A stretch of 63,984 nucleotides of DNA, filler included, from Nitrospirota bacterium (GTDB lineage Bacteria > UBA2233): the NCBI GenBank assembly GCA_011620345.1. It is 6 parts of 6 records of this genome, joined end to end, with 100 filler letters (N's around TTAATTAATTAA, not from the genome) between each part and the next. Parts side by side here need not be neighbours in the genome. Positions count along the whole stretch, not along the records: positions 48,111 to 58,935 come from WOZJ01000005.1; positions 59,036 to 63,984 come from WOZJ01000070.1; 4 more parts are not named here. The stretch is one strand, 5' to 3'. The notes beneath the pieces are model-generated. The model ran no database searches, had not been told where the DNA came from, and saw only the letters and a program-made list of their open reading frames with translations. The first letter of the stretch is position 1; each line of letters starts with the position of its first letter. A program made the position numbers and the translations under genes. Positions 58,568-63,984 of this stretch are shown piece after piece.

Positions 58568-58870
58568 CTACCTCCCTTCCGCTTTATTGAAACTTGAAGG
58601 CGCTATGACAGGCGCTGTATTTCTGTATGACATCCCGTTATCCGCCGCTATCTGCCTTATCTTGGCAAGATCGCCATCTGCTAGTCCCGCAAGGATCGCA
58701 TCTAGCCTCCCCAAGTGATGGTGCATGTTGGCCAACGCATCATCTTTGGTATCTTGCGGGGGATTGATCACATAAACCACTTGCTGTTCTCCATAAGAGG
58801 CAGTTGGCCGCCGCCCACTATTGGGATATGGTATACTTTTTAGAGAGCTGGTTGCATGGTATAGGTTAGC
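58568..58870 (-). pseudogene. Possible four-helix cytochrome c-like fragment
   Basis: NMHHHLGRLDAILAGLADGDLAKIRQIAADNGMS helix pattern; no CxxCH before the stop; lower GC. Confidence 0.25.
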
Positions 58871-58935
58871 TTAAAAAAGGATGGGTATCTTAGGCCCAAC
58901 AAAAGGAGTTTTCTATAGCTACACGGAGTAACCAC

Positions 58936-59035
58936 NNNNNNNNNNNNNNNNNNNNNNNNNNNNNNNNNNNNNNNNNNNNTTAATTAATTAANNNNNNNNN
59001 NNNNNNNNNNNNNNNNNNNNNNNNNNNNNNNNNNN
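58936..59035. other. Artificial contig spacer
   Basis: N44-TTAATTAATTAA-N44. Confidence 0.98.
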
Positions 59036-59040
59036 TAACG

Positions 59041-60432
59041 ATGAAGCGCATCTTGGTCATCGACGACGAGCGGAACATCCACTACTCGTTCCGGCGGATC
59101 TTCAAGGGTCGCTATGAGGTACTATCTGCCTACGACTCAAAAGAGGGCATGCGGAAGCTAAGGGAAGACCAACCCGACCTTGTCCTTTTGGACGTCAAGA
59201 TGCCCTACGAGGACGGAATTGAAGTGCTTCGCAGGATCCGAGGCGAGTTCCCCATGCTTCCCGTGATCGTCATGACCGCCTTCGGGACGACCGAGACGGC
59301 CATCAACGCGATGAAGCTCGAGGCCTACGATTACCTCCTCAAGCCTTTCGACGTCGAGGCCTTTTCCGAGCTCGTCGCGAAGGCCCTCGAGGTCCGTGGG
59401 TTTCTGGAATCGATCGGAGGGCCCAAGAGCCCCCTTCCGCCCCAAGAAAGCGAGCTTGTCGGCCAAAGCGTCTTGATGCAAGAAGTCTACAAGATGATAG
59501 GCCGGCTTGCCAGGACGGAGGCGACGGTGCTGCTATGGGGAGAGTCGGGTACGGGCAAAGAGCTGGTTGCCAAGAAGATCCACGAACACTCTAGCCGTAG
59601 GGATTCCACGATGGTGGCCATCAACTGCGCGGCCATTCCGGAGAGCCTGATCGAGTCGGAGCTGTTCGGCCACGAGAAGGACGCATTCACGGGCGCCGCT
59701 GCGAGAAAAAAAGGCTTGTTCGAGGTTGCCGACGGTTCGACCTTGTTCTTGGACGAGGTGGGCGAGCTTTCCTTGCCAATCCAAGCCAAACTGCTTCGGT
59801 TCTTTCAGGAGCGCGAGATCTACCGCGTGGGAGGGAAAGAGCCCGTCCAACTGGACGTGCGGATTGTCGCGGCCACAAACCTAGACCTCGAAGAGGCCCT
59901 TAAGCGCGGGACGTTTCGAGAAGACCTATATTACCGGCTCAACGTCGTAAGGTTGAACCTTCCGCCCTTAAGGGCGAGAAGACAAGACATTCCCCTTCTT
60001 GTGGAGCATTTTTTAGGCAAGTTCAGGAGCGAGCTCGCCAACCCTTACCTCCACGTTACCCAAGAAACGATGGACGTGCTCCTCGCCTATACCTGGCCGG
60101 GCAACGTAAGGGAGCTTGAGAATACCCTAAGGGAGGCCGGGCTCAAGGCCAAGGGGGGCAAGATTACTCCCTTGGAACTCTCCATCCCCCCATACACGCT
60201 CGATTTAGAGCCGGAAGCCATCGGGACAGGGCAAGAAGAACCCTTCGAGGCAAGCCTTGAGAGGTTTCTCATGAAGAACCCGGGGACGGCTTTCGATCGG
60301 CTCGAAGAGGCGGCGGTCCGAAGGGCGCTCGAAATTTCCAAGGGCAACCAGGTCAAGGCGGCCCAGCTTCTGGGCATCACCCGCAACGTGCTCCGCCACA
60401 GGATTAAGCGATACCACATCCTCGATGCCTAA
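59041..60432 (+). CDS. sigma54-dependent response regulator (NtrC family)
   Basis: Receiver, GESGTGKE, DAFTGA variant of GAFTGA, WPGNVREL, Fis HTH GNQVKAAQLLGI. Confidence 0.95.
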   Translation: MKRILVIDDERNIHYSFRRIFKGRYEVLSAYDSKEGMRKLREDQPDLVLLDVKMPYEDGIEVLRRIRGEFPMLPVIVMTAFGTTETAINAMKLEAYDYLLKPFDVEAFSELVAKALEVRGFLESIGGPKSPLPPQESELVGQSVLMQEVYKMIGRLARTEATVLLWGESGTGKELVAKKIHEHSSRRDSTMVAINCAAIPESLIESELFGHEKDAFTGAAARKKGLFEVADGSTLFLDEVGELSLPIQAKLLRFFQEREIYRVGGKEPVQLDVRIVAATNLDLEEALKRGTFREDLYYRLNVVRLNLPPLRARRQDIPLLVEHFLGKFRSELANPYLHVTQETMDVLLAYTWPGNVRELENTLREAGLKAKGGKITPLELSIPPYTLDLEPEAIGTGQEEPFEASLERFLMKNPGTAFDRLEEAAVRRALEISKGNQVKAAQLLGITRNVLRHRIKRYHILDA

Positions 60433-60524
60433 ATTTAGGCCATGGGGGAGCGATGAGGCCTTGTTCGATCAATGGTTTCTGGGCCGAGCGACCGGCATAA
60501 ACGAGGGGGGCGTGCCGAGCCCCT

Positions 60525-60683
60525 TTAGCGTTTGGCGATGATCCACACGGCATGAACGATGCCAGGGATGTAGCCAAGCAATGTCAGGATAATGTTGATC
60601 CAAAAGTCCTTCCCGATCCCGACCTGGAGGAATACGCCAAGCGGCGGCAAGAGAATGGCGACCAGAATCCGCAGGAAATCCAT
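60525..60683 (-). CDS. yqaE: YqaE/Pmp3 small membrane protein (absent from the ORF track)
   Basis: 52 aa MDFLRILVAILLPPLGVFLQVGIGKDFWINIILTLLGYIPGIVHAVWIIAKR; RBS AGGAG. Confidence 0.93.
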   Translation of the reverse strand: MDFLRILVAILLPPLGVFLQVGIGKDFWINIILTLLGYIPGIVHAVWIIAKR

Positions 60684-60803
60684 CTTGTCTCCTACGCTTC
60701 GCATGTTTAAATTTTCCTAAAATTATAGCAGAAGCGAGTCGATCCTCGATTTTCGGCAGCATAGGCTTGGTAGGCCGGCCTGCAGGTGTGCTACGCTATC
60801 CAT

Positions 60804-62117
60804 ATGCATAAGCTCCCCACTGTAGTGATCGGCGTGGATTTGGGCGGAACGTACGTGAAGGGAGGGGTCGTGACCCCGGAAGGGGAGGTCCTTTTTCGCG
60901 AGAAACGTCCTAGCCGCGTTGACGTGGGGCTTCAAGATGCGCTGGATGCGATTTATTCGCTCATTGATGGCCTTCAATGCATGGCCGACCAAAAAGGGTT
61001 GAAGGCGGCCTCGCTCGGGGTCGGATGTCCTGGCCCTTTGGAGCCCAAGACCGGCGTCCTTCTTGACCCTCCAAACTGTCCTGCCTTGAAGAATGTCAAC
61101 CTGAAAGAGCGGCTCGAGAAAAGGTTTGGCATTTCTGTTTTCCTTATCAAGGATGCGAGTGCCTCCGCCCTGGGGGAGCGCTGGAAGGGCTCGGCAGAAG
61201 GGCTTGGGCATTTTGTTTTTCTCACGCTCGGGACGGGCCTTGGCGGAGCAGTTGTGAGCCAGGGGCGGCTGTTTGAAGGTTCGTCCGGGATGGGGGCCGA
61301 AATAGGCCATGTGAGCCTGTTTCCCGACGGGCCGCAGTGTAGCTGTGGAAGCTTTGGATGTGCCGAGGTTTACCTCTCAACGCGGGGGCTTTTGAGCAGG
61401 GTCAAGCGCTCGATGGGCGAAAAGGGCATAGAGGACGGGCCGGGGCTTCAGCTTGCCCAAAGGGTCGCTTTGATGGCCCGCAGGGGAGACCAAGGCGCTC
61501 TGGAGGTCTTGGAAGGCTTCGGCAAAGATTTGGGGGTTTTGTGCGCCTCGCTCGCGAACCTTTACAACCCCGAGGCGATCGTCGTCGGTGGGGGGCTTGC
61601 AAACCTTTGGGAGGGGTTCTCCAAGGCGGCCATCCGCGAAATAAAGCGGCGTGCCATGCCGAACCTTGTTCAGGGGATGAGCTTACTCAAGGCCAAGCTA
61701 GGGGACGATGCGGGCGTTATAGGGGCTGCAAGCCTGGCGTTTTGCGGTAAGGCTCCCAAAGGGGAGTCTATCGATCGGCGGCCATGGGGTAGCGGCGATG
61801 TGCTCTCTGTAGGGCAGGGATACAAGGTAAAGCGCCTTAGGGTTTCCCCTCAATCTAGGCTGAGCTACCAGCGCCACTTCCACCGCGACGAGGTGTGGGC
61901 GGTCGTGTCTGCTCGATCGGCGTTCATCACGATTGACGGGGAAAGGTGGCCTCTCAAAGCGGGCGATTCGATCGCGATTCAAAAAGGCCAGCTCCACCGT
62001 CTCGAGAACGCTTCCGAGGATGCCGAGCTTGTCCTCATCGAAACCCAGATCGGAGCGAAGCTTTGCGAGAGCGATATCGAGCGGATTGAGGATGACTACG
62101 GAAGGGCGGATGCGTAG
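60804..62117 (+). CDS. ROK-family sugar kinase fused to a type II phosphomannose-isomerase-like cupin
   Basis: GVDLGGT, TLGTGLGG, EIGH..CSCG..GC.E, then RPWG, LSYQRHFHRDEVW, HRLEN, EDDYGR. Confidence 0.88.
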   Translation: MHKLPTVVIGVDLGGTYVKGGVVTPEGEVLFREKRPSRVDVGLQDALDAIYSLIDGLQCMADQKGLKAASLGVGCPGPLEPKTGVLLDPPNCPALKNVNLKERLEKRFGISVFLIKDASASALGERWKGSAEGLGHFVFLTLGTGLGGAVVSQGRLFEGSSGMGAEIGHVSLFPDGPQCSCGSFGCAEVYLSTRGLLSRVKRSMGEKGIEDGPGLQLAQRVALMARRGDQGALEVLEGFGKDLGVLCASLANLYNPEAIVVGGGLANLWEGFSKAAIREIKRRAMPNLVQGMSLLKAKLGDDAGVIGAASLAFCGKAPKGESIDRRPWGSGDVLSVGQGYKVKRLRVSPQSRLSYQRHFHRDEVWAVVSARSAFITIDGERWPLKAGDSIAIQKGQLHRLENASEDAELVLIETQIGAKLCESDIERIEDDYGRADA

Positions 62118-62183
62118 GGCTGTCTTCTTTTGGCATGAATGAGCGTTTGGACAGAAGCCTGAAGTAAGGGCGAAAGGATCACC

Positions 62184-62915
62184 ATGGACGATTCTACGGG
62201 GGATTCGGCGGTATTGGGCGCCTTTTCGGAAGAAACGGTCCGGGGGAAAACCGGGCGTTCCAAGGAAGGTGGCCGGTACAGCGTGGGTGAGGAGGTTGCA
62301 AACGCCATTACGCATGGCCTAGGGGCAGCCTTGAGCATCGCGGCTTTGGCTATCTTGGCAACTCTTGCAGGAAAGCGCGGGGATGCTTGGCACGTGGTAA
62401 GCCTTTGCATTTATGGGGCAACGATGGTCTTTCTCTACAGCGCCTCAAGCCTCTACCACAGCGTGCCCGCACCCCGGGCCAAAAAGATTTTTCGAATTCT
62501 GGATCATTCTGCCATTTTTTTGTTGATCGCTGGAACATACACGCCGGTTACGCTGGTACTCATGCGAGGGCCATGGGGCTGGGCTCTCTTCAGCGCTATT
62601 TGGGCCATGGCCGTCTGCGGGATCGTCGTAAAGGCCATTCTGTGGAATAAGTCGAAAATGTTCGGCTACCTTGGAGTATCGCTTTATATCGCCATGGGGT
62701 GGCTGGTGATCGTTGCCGTTAAGCCAATGCTCGAGATGTTGCCATTGGGGATGATCGCCTGGCTGCTTGCAGGAGGGCTCTTCTATACCCTTGGCGTTCC
62801 TTTTTACATGTGGAAACGCTTGCCTTTCCACCATGCGGTTTGGCATCTTTTCGTGTTGGGCGGAAGTGCCTGCCATTTCTTGGCCATCCTGTGGTACGTG
62901 TTGCCAAAGCAGTAA
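62184..62915 (+). CDS. Hemolysin III/PAQR (TrhA) membrane protein
   Basis: EEVANAITHG, SSLYH, LDHSAIFLLIAGTYTP, HAVWHLFV. Confidence 0.93.
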   Translation: MDDSTGDSAVLGAFSEETVRGKTGRSKEGGRYSVGEEVANAITHGLGAALSIAALAILATLAGKRGDAWHVVSLCIYGATMVFLYSASSLYHSVPAPRAKKIFRILDHSAIFLLIAGTYTPVTLVLMRGPWGWALFSAIWAMAVCGIVVKAILWNKSKMFGYLGVSLYIAMGWLVIVAVKPMLEMLPLGMIAWLLAGGLFYTLGVPFYMWKRLPFHHAVWHLFVLGGSACHFLAILWYVLPKQ

Positions 62916-62930
62916 AGGGAGAGATGACGC

Positions 62931-63785
62931 TCAGCTGAAGACGATCGTGCGGTCGCCAATCAGGATCACTCGATCTTGCGCGTGTGCTTGCACGGCTCGG
63001 TACAGCACGCTGCGCTCGACATCGCGGCCGAGACGGGCGAGCGCCTCGGCATCGTGAGTGTGGTTGACGCGGATGACGTCCTGCTCGATGATCGGCCCTT
63101 CGTCTAAGTCGGCCGTCACGTAGTGCGCGGTTGCGCCGATCAGCTTCACCCCGCGCTCGTGCGCTTGGTGATAGGGCCGTGCGCCTTTGAACCCGGGCAA
63201 GAACGAGTGATGAATATTTATCGCGCGCCCGCGCAGCTCGGCACACAGCTCCGCGGAGAGGATCTGCATGTAGCGGGCGAGCACCACCATGTCGATGCGA
63301 TGTTCGGCGATCACCTCGCGCAGCCGCCGCTCTTGCTCGTGGCGCGTCGCGGCCGACACGGGCAGATGCAGGTACGGGATGCCACGCTCGGTCACGAGGC
63401 GTTTGCAATCGGTATGGTTGGACACCACGAGGGGGATGTCGACGTCCAACTCCCCGTTGCCGTGGCGGTAGAGTAGGTCGAGCAGGCAGTGGTCGAATCG
63501 AGAGACCATCACCAGCGCTCGGAGTCGCTCGGTTTCGGGCCGCACTCGGACGTCGAACTCGTTGCTCGGGAGCTCGGCCGCGAACGACCCTCGCACCGCT
63601 TGGGCGTCGGCTTTGCTGCGGAAACGTGTACGCATCACGAACATCCCGGAGTCCGGATCGGTGAACTGTGCGTTCTCGATGATGTTTCCGTCAACGCTCA
63701 GGATCGCCCCCGTCGCCTGATGGACAATGCCCGGCCGATCGGGGCAACGCAACACCATGACATAGACCTTGGACATGTCGTCCAC
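62931..63785 (-). CDS. purU: Formyltetrahydrofolate deformylase
   Basis: ACT CPDRPGIV, LARYMQIL, INIHHSFLP, GVKLIGATAH, DLDEGPIIEQ. Confidence 0.96.
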   Translation of the reverse strand: MDDMSKVYVMVLRCPDRPGIVHQATGAILSVDGNIIENAQFTDPDSGMFVMRTRFRSKADAQAVRGSFAAELPSNEFDVRVRPETERLRALVMVSRFDHCLLDLLYRHGNGELDVDIPLVVSNHTDCKRLVTERGIPYLHLPVSAATRHEQERRLREVIAEHRIDMVVLARYMQILSAELCAELRGRAINIHHSFLPGFKGARPYHQAHERGVKLIGATAHYVTADLDEGPIIEQDVIRVNHTHDAEALARLGRDVERSVLYRAVQAHAQDRVILIGDRTIVFS

Positions 63786-63984
63786 GCTAGCCGCGCTCCT
63801 TGGATGGATTGCTCATGATAAATCCAAGTTCATCCTAAGGATTAGGGCCCAAAAGTGTCAAGCGTACCCTTAGCCTTTTCAACCGGCATGTATACGAAGA
63901 AATACGGCCTCATCGCTCATGAGGGTTTGAGCGGCTAGGCGAGTGTTCCAAAACTTGGGAGAGGATTTTTTAAGATTTAAGAAC

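Overview
Six unrelated bacterial contigs joined by five artificial 100-nt spacers (N44-TTAATTAATTAA-N44). The complete contigs are in decreasing length order, as in a concatenated draft genome or MAG, so adjacency across gaps is meaningless. Contig 1 (1-12362): pckA, REP-like palindromes, sigma54-promoter sat-cysH, fluoride riboswitch-crcB-DUF190, cydAB, and a sigma54-driven secreted Lys-rich repeat peptide followed by an ICMT-family methyltransferase and an NtrB/NtrC-type pair. Contig 2: queE-queC-queD, an MFS transporter, glgA/glgE/glgB/GH57. Contig 3: hypB, Tat M28 peptidase, pcm-ptsP, nitroreductase, an unlisted 57-aa Gly/Met-rich ORF, and a full selD(Sec UGA)-selA-selB-selC operon. Contig 4: crotonase fragment, CBS, cupin plus an AT-rich flavodiiron gene, glgX, AGPS-like oxidase plus GlpD, and a probable double-cubane reductase with its activator. 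Contig 5: nagA, GlcG, a SoxB-like/Fe-S/TorD run, class II aldolase, MDR enzyme. Contig 6: sigma54 regulator, YqaE, ROK-cupin fusion, HlyIII, GC-rich purU. No CRISPR, rRNA, transposase or integrase seen. Best candidate for an undescribed system: the repeat-peptide/ICMT/two-component locus at 8184-12362. Family calls are by motif recognition only; no searches were run.
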